A stretch of 63,956 nucleotides of DNA, filler included, from Octopus bimaculoides (GCF_001194135.2; 9 parts of 7 records of this genome joined end to end with filler, not necessarily neighbours in it); one strand, 5' to 3'. Positions 37,410 to 50,068 are shown, numbered from the whole stretch's first letter. Made by a program: numbers and translations. Notes: generated from the sequence alone by a model not told the origin.

Positions 37410-38261
37410 ATAAAGAATTTTATATCACGAAACGTCGTACATGATTAACTAACGGCAAGTTTTGTTTTTTATTTTCTCTTCTGTTTTATTCTATGTGTGC
37501 CATAAATATCGCCATCCGTTGGAGAAAAATTGTAGTTAGAATTAGTAGTTCTTTGACTGCTATTTCTAAATTTTCAGTATGTTGGTGTGGCAACTCATGC
37601 TGATCCCTATATGTTTATAATTATAAATGGTTTACCGATAAAGGTTTTTTTTGCATACTGAACTACTTGGCAAAATTGTTAATTATTAATTTTATTAACT
37701 AATTGGCAATTCTCTGCCCTATATCTATATATTGATGGTCTTCTCTTGGATGGTTAAACTGCAGTATTTTTTGCGGGACTATTTGTGACGCACATGGAAC
37801 AATTTTGGGGAGGGATACGGAACTCAGTTGTCGATAAATTTGTGGATGTTGATCTCTTCTTATGTGATATGTGATGTCGCATGGTCAGATATACATGAGT
37901 GAATTAGCATTTTCAGATTTATTTTGTATATCATGCTGATGAGTGGAAAAGAATTTTATATTCTAATCACGAAACGTCGTACATGATTAACTAACGGCAA
38001 GTTTTGTTTTTCATTTTCTCTTCTGTTTTGTTCTATGTGTGCCATAATATCGCCATCCGTTGGAGAAAAATTGAGGTTAGAATTAGTAGTTCTTTGACTG
38101 CTATTTCTAAATTTTCAGTATGTTGGCGAGGCAACTCATGCTGATCTCTATATGTTTATAATTATAAATGGTTTACCGATAAAGGTTTTTTTGCATACTG
38201 AACTACTTGGCAAAATTGTTAATTATTAATTTTATTAACTAATTGGCAATTCTCTGCCCTA

Positions 38262-38270
<9 letters not shown>
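37410..38270 (+). repeat. Tandem direct duplication (~320 bp shared, period ~540 bp) carrying hammerhead motifs
   Basis: 37413-37730 and 37948-38270 are highly similar by eye. The first copy starts at an N gap. Confidence 0.92.
37930..37987 (+). ncRNA. Minimal type I hammerhead ribozyme motif
   Basis: Stem I ATCATG/CATGAT; CTGATGA at 37936-42; stem II GTG..CAC with inner AGAAT/ATTCT; GAAA at 37971-74; C-GTC-G; cleavage triplet GTA at 37979-81. Confidence 0.8.
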
Positions 38271-38328
<58 letters not shown>

Positions 38329-38510
38329 ATATATCAACTTTAAATACAGCTCAAAACTGATGCATTGAAAATACTTTATTATAATAATAACAATAACAAT
38401 GAAAATGACCTATGCACTGTGAGTATTTTGCTAAGATTGTTAACAGAAACTATATTCTTTTGCCAAATTTTTGGTATAAAAAATATATCTAAACACACAC
38501 ACACACACAC

Positions 38511-38543
<33 letters not shown>

Positions 38544-38567
38544 CACACATACACATATATATATATA

Positions 38568-39329
38568 TTATTTATTCTTAGTAGAATTCAAGATAAAATC
38601 ACGTTAATGAATACATCGAGTGTCCAGCATGAAATAAAACCTTTAGGTAATTTATATACTAAATTAATAATTATATATATAATTTTATTAAAGGGATCAG
38701 GAAAAAACTTCTCCAATATGCTGAAGGAAGGCGCCAAAGGCGCTAAAAAGCCACTGTGTAACTCCAACAAAACACGTGTTGTAAACGAGAAAATGAAAAA
38801 TACTAAATAAAACTTCACATTATATTGTGTATTGGGTCCAATTTCGGGATTAAAGCAATAAAAAGACCTCAGCACAATATTCAAAGAAACATAATTACAG
38901 ATACTTATACATACCTACAGGAAGCAAAGGGATACGTCCATATAAAAATATCTGTGTTTATGTACCAGATAAAATCCTATTTTTATTTTTCATTTCAGTC
39001 ACGTGTTTTTTATCGAAAGAGCCTCACAGTAAATGTGATTTCGATGACGAGCAAAAATATTTTATTATTTGTTCTTAATAGTATTCAGGATAAAACCACG
39101 TTGATGATTATATCGAGTGGTCAGCATGAAATAAAACCTTTTAGGTAATTTATATACTAAATGAATAATTATATATATAATTTTATTAAAGGGATCAGGA
39201 AATAACCTTCCCCAACATGCTGAAAGAAGACGCCAAAGGTGCTAAAAAGCTACTGGCGTCTTCTTTCAGCATGTTGGAGAGGGTTCTTTCTTGATCCCTT
39301 TAATATAATTATATATATACTTATTTAGT
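38568..39329. repeat. ~190-bp direct duplication (38568-38755 / 39065-39254) followed by a fold-back inversion (39156-39234 / 39255-39329)
   Basis: Direct alignment. The second copy continues into its own reverse complement after a 20-nt loop. Confidence 0.88.
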
Positions 39330-39943
39330 TTCTCNNNNNNNNNNNNNNNNNNNNNNNNNNNNNNNNNNNNNNNNNNNNNNNNNNNNNNNNNNNNNNNNNN
39401 NNNNNNNNNNNNNNNNNNNNNNNNNNNNNNNNNNNNNNNNNNNNNNNNNNNNNNNNNNNNNNNNNNNNNNNNNNNNNNNNNNNNNNNNNNNNNNNNNNNN
39501 NNNNNNNNNNNNNNNNNNNNNNNNNNNNNNNNNNNNNNNNNNNNNNNNNNNNNNNNNNNNNNNNNNNNNNNNNNNNNNNNNNNNNNNNNNNNNNNNNNNN
39601 NNNNNNNNNNNNNNNNNNNNNNNNNNNNNNNNNNNNNNNNNNNNNNNNNNNNNNNNNNNNNNNNNNNNNNNNNNNNNNNNNNNNNNNNNNNNNNNNNNNN
39701 NNNNNNNNNNNNNNNNNNNNNNNNNNNNNNNNNNNNNNNNNNNNNNNNNNNNNNNNNNNNNNNNNNNNNNNNNNNNNNNNNNNNNNNNNNNNNNNNNNNN
39801 NNNNNNNNNNNNNNNNNNNNNNNNNNNNNNNNNNNNNATATATGTGTGTGTGTATGTATGTGTGTGTGTGTGTGTGTGTGTGCATAGCTCGGATTACAAT
39901 CTTATCCACATATTACATAATACATATTTATATGTCTATCTAC

Positions 39944-39983
<40 letters not shown>

Positions 39984-39999
39984 TTACATATCTTTTTAT

Positions 40000-40115
40000 A
40001 TTTTACCTGTTTCAGTCATCTGACTGCTGCCATGCTAGGGCATCACCTGAAGGCATTTAATCGAACAAATCGATCCCAGGACTTTTTTTTAGGCCTGGTA
40101 CTTATTCTATCGGAC
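40000..40115 (-). mobile_element. SINE B/D tail fragment
   Basis: TGTTTCAGTCAT..GCCATGCTAG..TCGAACAAATCGATCCCAGG..GTACTTATTCTATCGG. Confidence 0.8.
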
Positions 40116-40303
40116 TCAATACGAGAAAGGTAGGGGTTCACCCACCACCCTGCATGTAATATACATCGGGTGCAGATTGCATCGATAATCAGCCGGAGGA
40201 GGCTCTTCTTGGGGTTGTTGCATGATTAGTGACCGGTTATCTCTTATTTTTTTGTATATTGCGAGCTGGAGCGGATTACTGCCATGTCTTGTGGACGGGC
40301 GTC

Positions 40304-40350
40304 CACCACTGAGGACGAGCACAATGAGCTCGAAACCGTGCGATCTGGTG
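40304..40350 (+). ncRNA. Type I hammerhead ribozyme motif, one stem III mismatch
   Basis: CACCA CTGAGGA C GAGC ACAATGA GCTC GAAA CCGTGCG ATC TGGTG. Distal stem I GACGGG/CCTGTC beyond an internal loop. Confidence 0.7.
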
Positions 40351-40396
40351 ATCCTGTCGTCTGCTAGAAGAGGGTAGGAGTTCGCTCCCCTGCTTG

Positions 40397-40441
<45 letters not shown>

Positions 40442-40681
40442 TGTATGTGCGTTTTTTGCAATGATTACAAATAACACGGAAAAAATAAATAAATAAACAG
40501 TTACCAGGGTAGCAAANNNNNNNNNNTAGACAGTTACCAGGGTAGCAAAAATACACACAAGTAACAAGGATGTAACAGTCTATTTATAATGGTAGAAACT
40601 CCAAGTTTAGGTGAAATGTTTTGTATAACATAGATAAATAAATAAATGGTGTTAAACGCAGGTGTTATTCAAATTCTTTTA

Positions 40682-40768
40682 CTTCCGACATATGTTTCGA
40701 AGACAACATTGATATTATTCTAGAAGGAATAAAATGGTATAAAACAATGCAATTTCTCATCAGGAAAA
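40682..40768 (-). ncRNA. Type I hammerhead ribozyme motif with extended stem II, core intact
   Basis: TTTTC CTGATGA GAA..GCATTG..CAATGT..TTC GAAA C ATAT GTC GGAAG; palindromic ATAT loop III. Confidence 0.75.
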
Positions 40769-41836
40769 GAAAGAAACCAAACACATCAATAAGTCATTTT
40801 AACAGAATGTGATGACTGTTTGCAACGATAAACGCGTTCTATAAACGAGTTTACAAGGGATTCTTTGAGAATAGCGTAAAGAAATTTCACTATAACAAAA
40901 CGAGCAAAAAGATTTACGAAAACAAGTCTATGAACAACAAGCAAGTATATTAGTTTGACACTCGGGAGAAATAAAAAAAGTATTTTACGTTTTGAGCCTA
41001 CGCTCTTCAACAGAAAGGAATAAGAGAAAATAAACAGCGAGGGAGAGTAAGAGAGAGAGAGAGAGAGAGTGAGAGAGAGAGAATTATGTACANNNNNNNN
41101 NNNNNNNNNNNNNNNNNNNNNNNNNNNNNNNNNNNNNNNNNNNNNNNNNNNNNNNNNNNNNNNNNNNNNNNNNNNNNNNNNNNNNNNNNNNNNNNNNNNN
41201 NNNNNNNNNNNNNNNNNNNNNNNNNNNTGTGTGTGTGTGTGTGTGTGTAGTACGTATGTGTGTATGCGTATTCATGTATTTTGATGTACAAATTAGTCAG
41301 GAAATGAGGGGTAGTATCCGTGACGTTTGAAAGTTCACCCAGAACGGAATAGTATGATTGATGTGTGGCCAATGCCCAGCCTCCTGATTATTTGCAGGAA
41401 ATTAGGTGTATTTTGATAAGTTCATGTGTGTCTCCGTGGATGGGTATGTATTTTATGCAGAGCATATCAGTGCACCAGTTGTCAGAGATTTTCATGACCA
41501 AAGTCTTAGGAAAATAAAGTTATTGCACAGTCAGCGGTTAAGAAGACGCATAAGACAAACAGCAGCTGTGGAAATAGTTATGGACAAAATTACCAAAAAA
41601 AGAAAAAAAAATGGTTCTAGGTTAAGGAAAGTAATTTAAGATTAGCAAAGGCCAGTGTTATAACCTGCGTATGAACCATAAATGCAAGTAATGTGTTAGT
41701 TACAAAAACAGTTTCAGAACAAATGCGTACCACATATTGTATAATTAAGCAAATACCTATGATGCATCTATTTCTGTATATGTACATACATATGTATATG
41801 TATGGATGTGTATATATGCATATGTATACGTACATG

Positions 41837-41882
<46 letters not shown>

Positions 41883-41990
41883 NNNNNNNNNNNNNNNNNN
41901 NNNNNNNNNNNNNNNNNNNNNNNNNNNNNNNNNNNNNNNNNNNNNNNNNNNNNNNNNNNNNNNNNNNNNNNNNNNNNNNNNNNNNNNNNN

Positions 41991-42026
<36 letters not shown>

Positions 42027-42269
42027 GATAATAATAATAATATATATATAATATATATATATATACGCGCACATATATGTCTATATATATGTATAAATAT
42101 GCATATGTGTATGTATGTGTGTGTGTATGTATATAAGACAGACATTTGTTTTTTTAAATACACGTATACATGCATTGTATGTGTACCTAAAATTACACAT
42201 ATATGTAGGTGTATAATCAAGGCAGTATGTTATTTATGTATGTATGCATACATGCATAAATACATACAT

Positions 42270-42300
<31 letters not shown>

Positions 42301-43725
42301 NNNNNNNNNNNNNNNNNNNNNNNNNNNNNNNNNNNNNNNNNNNNNNNNNNNNNNNNNNNNNNNNNNNNNNNNNNNNNNNNNNNNNNNNNNNNNNNNNNNN
42401 NNNNNNNNNNNNNNNNNNNNNNNNNNNNNNNNNNNNNNNNNNNNNNNNNNNNNNNNNNNNNNNNNNNNNNNNNNNNNNNNNNNNNNNNNNNNNNNNNNNN
42501 NNNNNNNNNNNNNNNNNNNNNNNNNNNNNNNNNNNNNNNNNNNNNNNNNNNNNNNNNNNNNNNNNNNNNNNNNNNNNNNNNNNNNNNNNNNNNNNNNNNN
42601 NNNNNNNNNNNNNNNNNNNNNNNNNNNNNNNNNNNNNNNNNNNNNNNNNNNNNNNNNNNNNNNNNNNNNNNNNNNNNNNNNNNNNNNNNNNNNNNNNNNN
42701 NNNNNNNNNNNNNNNNNNNNNNNNNNNNNNNNNNNNNNNNNNNNNNNNNNNNNNNNNNNNNNNNNNNNNNNNNNNNNNNNNNNNNNNNNNNNNNNNNNNN
42801 NNNNNNNNNNNNNNNNNNNNNNNNNNNNNNNNNNNNNNNNNNNNNNNNNNNNNNNNNNNNNNNNNNNNNNNNNNNNNNNNNNNNNNNNNNNNNNNNNNNN
42901 NNNNNNNNNNNNNNNNNNNNNNNNNNNNNNNNNNNNNNNNNNNNNNNNNNNNNNNNNNNNNNNNNNNNNNNNNNNNNNNNNNNNNNNNNNNNNNNNNNNN
43001 NNNNNNNNNNNNNNNNNNNNNNNNNNNNNNNNNNNNNNNNNNNNNNNNNNNNNNNNNNNNNNNNNNNNNNNNNNNNNNNNNNNNNNNNNNNNNNNNNNNN
43101 NNNNNNNNNNNNNNNNNNNNNNNNNNNNNNNNNNNNNNNNNNNNNNNNNNNNNNNNNNNNNNNNNNNNNNNNNNNNNNNNNNNNNNNNNNNNNNNNNNNN
43201 CCCCCCCCCCGAAATTTGAAGTGCAGTTTATAACATTGTACACTGTGGTGAACGTCCCGGGAAATCATTTCGTGTGGGCGACAAATGTTAATAAACATCA
43301 AACTTCTATTCGTCAGTTGAAATTTTGTCAGCACCAGCTTCAGCTTCTGGCACCACTAATATTCCTTAGAAAGGCTGTTTCTGTTGCAAATAGCTAACTC
43401 ATTCACACTCTGCCATTTTGTCGCCATATCACTGGTTGTTTGGCCAGTATTATTGTATATTAGTTTGACTGATTTTTCGGTCTGACATTCTGTGCTTGGC
43501 TTGTAGCCTCTGATGATCTGCAATACGGAGAAATCACGTGATGTAGTAGTATTACCCGCCAGTGCTAACGAGATTTCGTCAAGTGATAGAATTTCGATGC
43601 CCCTTGGCATTTGTCGTCGGCAAGAAAGGATTTTTCGAAACCCTCACCCCAACCTACGGCGTTACAAAGAACACATCCATTTTAAAGTGCATCTCTCACT
43701 TTCTTTCCCTCTCTCTTTCTCTCTC

Positions 43726-43788
<63 letters not shown>

Positions 43789-46700
43789 GCGTGCATATGT
43801 GTATGTACATTATATATGTATATATCACACACGAACATAAATACACGTACACACGCATAACCATTAACCATAAAATTTGGATGGATCATAAGGGAAGAGG
43901 AAAACTAATGAAGGAAAAAAAAAAAAAACAGAAATAAATAATTCGATAAAAAAAGAAAAGAAGTAGGCGGAAACGGTGGTTGAAATGTAAAAAAATGTTA
44001 TTAGTAAATGCAATGAATGAATGTAAATTATACAAGAACACAAACGAAATAACTAATTCCCAAACGATGGGAAAGTGAGTCAAAATGGCAGCGATATGAA
44101 AATGTCCATGGTAGAAATCTATTTGAATGGGCGGAGCAGTGCATCATTTGGTATTCAAATTGGCTGGAAGCTGTTCACCATAACCTTGTGTTCAGCGGGG
44201 TTGCATAACTGCTCGTGCATTTATGCAATCGGGGCATAAGGGTCATAAAAAAAGAAGCAAAAAGCAAGCAGCAACACACATTTAAGAGCTAAATATGCTG
44301 TGCAACAAACTACTATACAACGTTTAAATATTGCTAACTGCGATCTTTTTTTCTTTCATAAAATCTTTGATCTTTGCTTGCGTGGTTGTCGCTAAGGGAC
44401 GGAGAAAACTAACTAGACGAAGCCGAACGTTAAAGTATTTTCACTTTGGGAGGTTTTGTTTGTGCTTTTGCTCGAGCTTTTATTATTATTTGTTATGTTT
44501 TTTTGCTTGTTTGTTGTTTTTTCATGCTGGGGAAGGGGAAGGCTTGTTTACAAAACATGACTTGACTTAACCTTGGTTTTCCTTTGGTTTTGCATGGTTT
44601 AGCCTAGCTATGGCTTGAGAACGTCTTGAAGAATTTTAGTTGCTGTTTAGAGTTGTTTTATCTCGAGCTAGCACTGATTGAGTAGACCTATGACCGACCA
44701 AAGGTGTTCCAATCTTGACACTGTCGTTTTTATATATAGTGTATCGAGAAATTTCACATTATCCGATTTCTCTCTCCCCTCTCCCTCTTTCTTTCTCTCT
44801 CTCTATTTTAGACAGTTTTAAACAGACCTGATTAATGTAGTTTGATTAATGTAGATTTAGTTCCCTCGCTGGTTCATATAATTTGATAAGATGTTTGGCA
44901 ACGGACAGTTTTTGTTGCGTTAAGAAAAAGCATACTCATCTCAGAAGTATATAACATCTCTTTTGCAGGAAGAATCTAATCATGCTTTCCTTTGATGAAA
45001 AGTATGTCTGTTAATCAGGAGATATGACGAGCAAGGGTTTATGACGAGAAACAGCAATTTGGTAAATAATGGTGTTGACTGGTCATTAGTTTATCATTGG
45101 ATTGTTCTTGGTTAGAGCTAGGTCAGTTCAGGCTGAGCAAACAAACCATTGGTTAAAAACATTTTACCTGAGATCATCTCGTCTTTTTTATCCTTTCTTT
45201 CAGACCGTGCATCAACAATTATATTATCTAATGTGTCCTTTCTTTTTTTGAGGACTTGTTAAGATGAACGTGTTTTGACTGCTTTTATAGCATGTTGAAC
45301 GACTATCTAGAAGTTTCCTCATTCGTTCGTTGTGCGTTATATCAGGTTTTATTGGAGAAGGTACGTGTTAATTTATTGATTCTCTATAAATGAAAAATGA
45401 TTGAGAAGACCTATTATCAAAAACATACCAGCAGTAACCAATCCTAAATATTTTTTGGAGTATCTAGGATTGTTTATCCAATGTCTTACGTTTTTGGAAA
45501 TTGCATAGTGATTCGCTGCTATTTTTAGTTATACTGGTCTATAGAATGTAGATTAATTAATTAGTAGCATAACATTATAATTTAAAGGTATAGCACAGAA
45601 TTGGTTTTTTTTGATGATTTGATAAAAGCCAAACAAGACTTGAAACAAATGAGATTAATCTCTTTTTTTTTGCCTACAGAAAGAGAAAATTTATCGGGTA
45701 CCGCTTCGTTTACATTTCAGTGAAACTTAATTGTATGTTTATTAAAAAGCTATACTTTACATTTTAAATTACCATAAACTGTTGCGTAGTGCACCATTAA
45801 ATAATTTATTAATCTCTGCTGTATGAAAATGTGATGTTATGCAGAATAAGCTGACGGGTTTAGGTATGTCCGAATTTGTATACACTATTAATAATTCTAA
45901 GCTAATAATATCTCTATGAACGAACGACGTGTATTCTTTATGCTATTAAGACCTATGAAGACCAAAAACTAGTCGGATTAATCTCTTTAACTGCCAGGGA
46001 AGAGACAATATCTGTAATGATACCAATATTTTATATATTCACTACTAGGTTAAATAAATGTCTATTGCAAAGGTACGCCATACATTTCAAATTATTCTAA
46101 TTCTTTATGGTGTGTTACATCAAATGGTTTACTTGCCCAGCATATTTTAACGAATTCAATGTATATTTGAGGTGCTTAATCTAAAATTGATATTGTTTTG
46201 TCAAATAGACTCTAGTTATTAAGATATTGGATAACTCATAGACATAGATTTTCCTCGTCAATGCATTTCATATTTTATAACTTGTTTTATCTTTTTGTCT
46301 CTTCAGCATTGTTTTTATACAATTTCGTTTTTATATAATTTTATTTTTAATATAATTTTGTCATTTTTGCGTAACAATCTATGAAGAAGCTTCTTAAGTG
46401 AGTCTAACATTTTCTCTAACATTTGTAGCGTATACCATTGGAAAATACAAAAGAAAAATATTACTGAATTTGCGAAAAGACAAAAATATTTTGTTTATTT
46501 TGGAATGGAACCTAGTGATCAAAGTAAGTTATACATACATACATACATACATACATACATACGTGTGTATGTGTGTGTATGTGTGTGTGTGTTTGAACGT
46601 GGTGTGTGTACATTTGTACACACACCACACGCTAATACACGACTCATGTTATATTCCCCATTCATGTTGCAACCACATCTGGGGCAAAACTAGTCGGTAT

Positions 46701-47022
46701 ACAGCACTTACTCGGTATTACCTGTATCTTTAGGGTCTGGTTGACTTCATTACCCTTCATAACCTTTATATATTCCTTTGTATATCGTATAAGCTTTTAA
46801 CTTTGCATAAAACAGTCAACTGATAACAGTCAACAGAAACACTAGACTGATGAAGGTAATAACAATAACTACTACCATACTAATTTATCAACCATTGTGT
46901 GAGTTCCTACATAGTTGCTTGATTTGCTAGAGATAGGAACCAACTCTTACTAAATATTAAACAACCTGTAGTTTTAGGAAATAACAAGTTGGATAAGAAT
47001 GTCCTTGATTACCTGCACATAG

Positions 47023-47074
47023 GTAAAGATGGTGATGATTCCGGGTGGAAAGCCTTTGAACTTAGGTTTGTTGG
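47023..47074 (+). CDS. Candidate short exon (G)KDGDDSGWKAFELRFV(G)
   Basis: CACATAG acceptor, open frame, donors AG|GTTTGT (47066) or GG|GTGAGG (47075). No homology evidence. Confidence 0.2.
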
Positions 47075-47238
47075 GTGAGGGATGACATGGGAACAAACAA
47101 CAATAAAAAGTGTTCGAGAATAATGACCATATTGAGAATGATAATACATGGAAAATATTAATTATGAGATGTTGATGATACAAATGTGTTTGTTTATATG
47201 TATGAATATGTGTCTGTATTCTCTCTCTCTCTCTCTCC

Positions 47239-47285
<47 letters not shown>

Positions 47286-47384
47286 ATGTGACAATTAGTT
47301 AGTTGTCACATATTATATTTATTGATAAATTCTCTATTTTATATAATATCGAGGACTCATTCATTCTTTTGTTGTCATATTATT

Positions 47385-47790
47385 ATTATTATTTTTATTT
47401 TTATAACGTGCTTTCACTTCACTAGCGAGTGCAGCTCTGTGCGCCTTGGGTATGTGCTGTGGTTTGCTGTGGTGCTCTTATGGTTACTGTATTGAAAGTG
47501 TTTTGCGTAGGATGTATGCAGTGCTCAGTAGTGCAATTTTCTGTATGTTATATATATTTGTAAGTCCTGGTGTTTTTGTTATGTATTTGTCTGAATATTT
47601 TTTTTATTATACCTAAGGCACTCACTATAATAGGAATTGTTTCTGTTTTTAGATTCCACATTCGAGTTACCTCTATTTCCAGGTCTTTGTATTTTGAAAG
47701 TTTTTCCATTTCTTTTAGAGAAACGTTGTCATCAATTAGAAAGCATTTTTTTTCTTCAAGATCTTTGACAACTATATCTGGTCTATTTGN
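47385..47790 (-). mobile_element. R4/Dong-like non-LTR retrotransposon 3' end, young
   Basis: NRPDIVVKDLEEKKCFLID..KEMEKLSKYKDLEIEVTRMWNLKTETIPIIVSALG..IQKIALLSTAYILRKTLSIQ* (PD..D RLE motif). UTR ends in (AAT)n; 5' side cut by a linker. Confidence 0.92.
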
Positions 47791-47889
47791 NNNNNNNNNN
47801 NNNNNNNNNNNNNNNNNNNNNNNNNNNNNNNNNTTAATTAATTAANNNNNNNNNNNNNNNNNNNNNNNNNNNNNNNNNNNNNNNNNNNN

Positions 47890-48700
47890 ACACACGGAAC
47901 GTCAGACGAATTACATATCTAACAGTCCATATAACACCTGTGAAATGCCTTCTCCAAATTAATGAAAGCCAAAGTAGTGGTTTATTCTCAGCCAGATATT
48001 TCTCCTGCAGTTGCTTCACTAGAAAGATTGCATCTGTGATACCTCACATGGGAATAAAGCCAACCTGCATCACCTTTAGTTCTTCCCTGTCAAGGATTGT
48101 GCTAGGATTCTCTCTGTGACCTTCATAACCTGATCCAGTAGTTAGATTCTTCTATAGTTGTTTCTCTCTAAGGCATCTCGTTGCATTTTACCATGATACT
48201 GATTTGCCAATCATTGTGTATGACTCCTATAATTTGGATTAACTATCTGGGTGGTCATCATGTTTCCTCCCTCACCAGATATTTTGAGTATCTCCACAAT
48301 TATCCCTTTGCATCCGATGTATTCTCCATGTTCAGCAACCTCTAATAATAGCACTTCCATGCCACTCCCTTCTATGTCAATTTAATGGTGTGTATGCCTT
48401 CATTCCAAATACACTTCTCAGCAATGACATCTCAGTTCTCTCACACATTGTCTTCCAATCCTAAACATATCACTCCTCTGATCCACACAATGCCAGACAT
48501 GAAAATCCCTTCTTTTCTGCCTCACTCTTAGTTCCTTAGCTAAATATACCTGTCACCTAGCTGCCCTTCTAGTCATTTAGGTACCACTTTCCTTCCAGCA
48601 CCTTCAGGCCTGTCTTTTAGCTGTTATTGCCCTATGAACTGTATTATTCTAGCAACATGTCACTTTTTGGCTTGGTTGGGATTTTTCTCCAATGACATGT
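47890..48700 (-). mobile_element. Old RTE LINE fragment (linker and RT N-terminal part)
   Basis: DALERNNYR..LLDQVMKVTERIL..MQVGF..TDAIFLVKQLQEKYLAENKPL, with stops and frameshifts. Confidence 0.85.
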
Positions 48701-48974
48701 CTGATCTATTGCCCAAAGCAGGTTGTTTCTTGGAAATAGCAAGTAGTTACCTATGCTACAGATATCTAAAACTTTCTTCCAACAGTCACAATCATCAATT
48801 ATAATTTCTCTAAACCTATTTCCAATTGCAGGATTTAGTTCCATATTACACATCTGTGTGTGTGTGTACACACACACACACAACTGTGTACATATATACA
48901 TATAGAAGCATATATGTGTTTGCATGTGTGTGTGCATGCAAATATATATATTTGTGTACAGACTATGCAGACAG

Positions 48975-49228
48975 ATACTATATATATATATATGTAGCAG
49001 CACCATAGTAAACTGCTACAAAGGTAAAGGTGACGCTTTAGACACTAATAATTACAGAGGCATCAAGCTGTTAGATCAGGTTATGAAAGTTACGGAGAGG
49101 GTCATAGCCCAACTAATTAGGGAGCAAATCAATTTAGATGAGATGCAGTTTGGGTTCGTGCCAGGTAAATTAATTTGACACTGATGCCATATTTCTAGTG
49201 AGACAGCTGCAGGAGAAATATCTAGCCA
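48975..49228 (+). mobile_element. Younger RTE LINE RT fragment
   Basis: STIVNCYKGKGDALDTNNYRGIKLLDQVMKVTERVIAQLIREQINLDEMQFGFVPG..TDAIFLVRQLQEKYLA. Confidence 0.92.
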
Positions 49229-49328
49229 NNNNNNNNNNNNNNNNNNNNNNNNNNNNNNNNNNNNNNNNNNNNTTAATTAATTAANNNNNNNNNNNNNNNN
49301 NNNNNNNNNNNNNNNNNNNNNNNNNNNN

Positions 49329-49359
<31 letters not shown>

Positions 49360-49836
49360 TTACACATCCTATGCGTATATATGAATGTACATATATATGT
49401 GTGTGTGAGAGAGAGGCGAAGTGAGAAAGAGAGAAAGAGAGAGGAAGCGAGATAGAGAGAGAGGGAGTAAATGCGATTGTCTCTGTATGTATGTGTGTGT
49501 GTGTGTGTATGCGTGTGTGTGTATGTAAGAATGACATGTATGCAAATATAGTTTTTGTTATGTATGTATGTATGTATGCAAGAATGCGTATGTGTGTTCG
49601 TGTTTAATATGCATATGTGTACACTGCGTATATGCACCTATGCAATAAAGTACAGTACATAATACGAGTACCTGATTTTACGTACGGCTGTTATTTCCTT
49701 CTCACAGACCGCATGTTTACACATGCACACAAACACAAATATGCATATATAATATGTAAATACACACACACATATATATACACAGGGAGCGAAAGGGGGT
49801 GGGGAAGAGAAAGAGAATCGTATGTATGTATACATC

Positions 49837-49892
<56 letters not shown>

Positions 49893-50021
49893 GGATAGAG
49901 ATGAAAAGCTCGTTTGAAAGGTAAGGAAAATTGAGAGATTGAATTTTATTAAGCACTCAATAATACAACGTGTTTCATCTACAAGTGTTCGTTCAGCTAC
50001 TTGCAGAGAATATCTCTGTTA

Positions 50022-50068
<47 letters not shown>

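Noticed and set aside
43356-43860. Overlapping 84-115-aa ORFs on both strands in CpG-rich unique DNA
   Set aside because: No domain is recognisable and the longer ORFs extend into microsatellite.
47890-49228. Divergent RTE fragments as a twin-priming inversion of one element
   Set aside because: The two fragments cover overlapping RT sequence and differ greatly in decay, so they are independent insertions.
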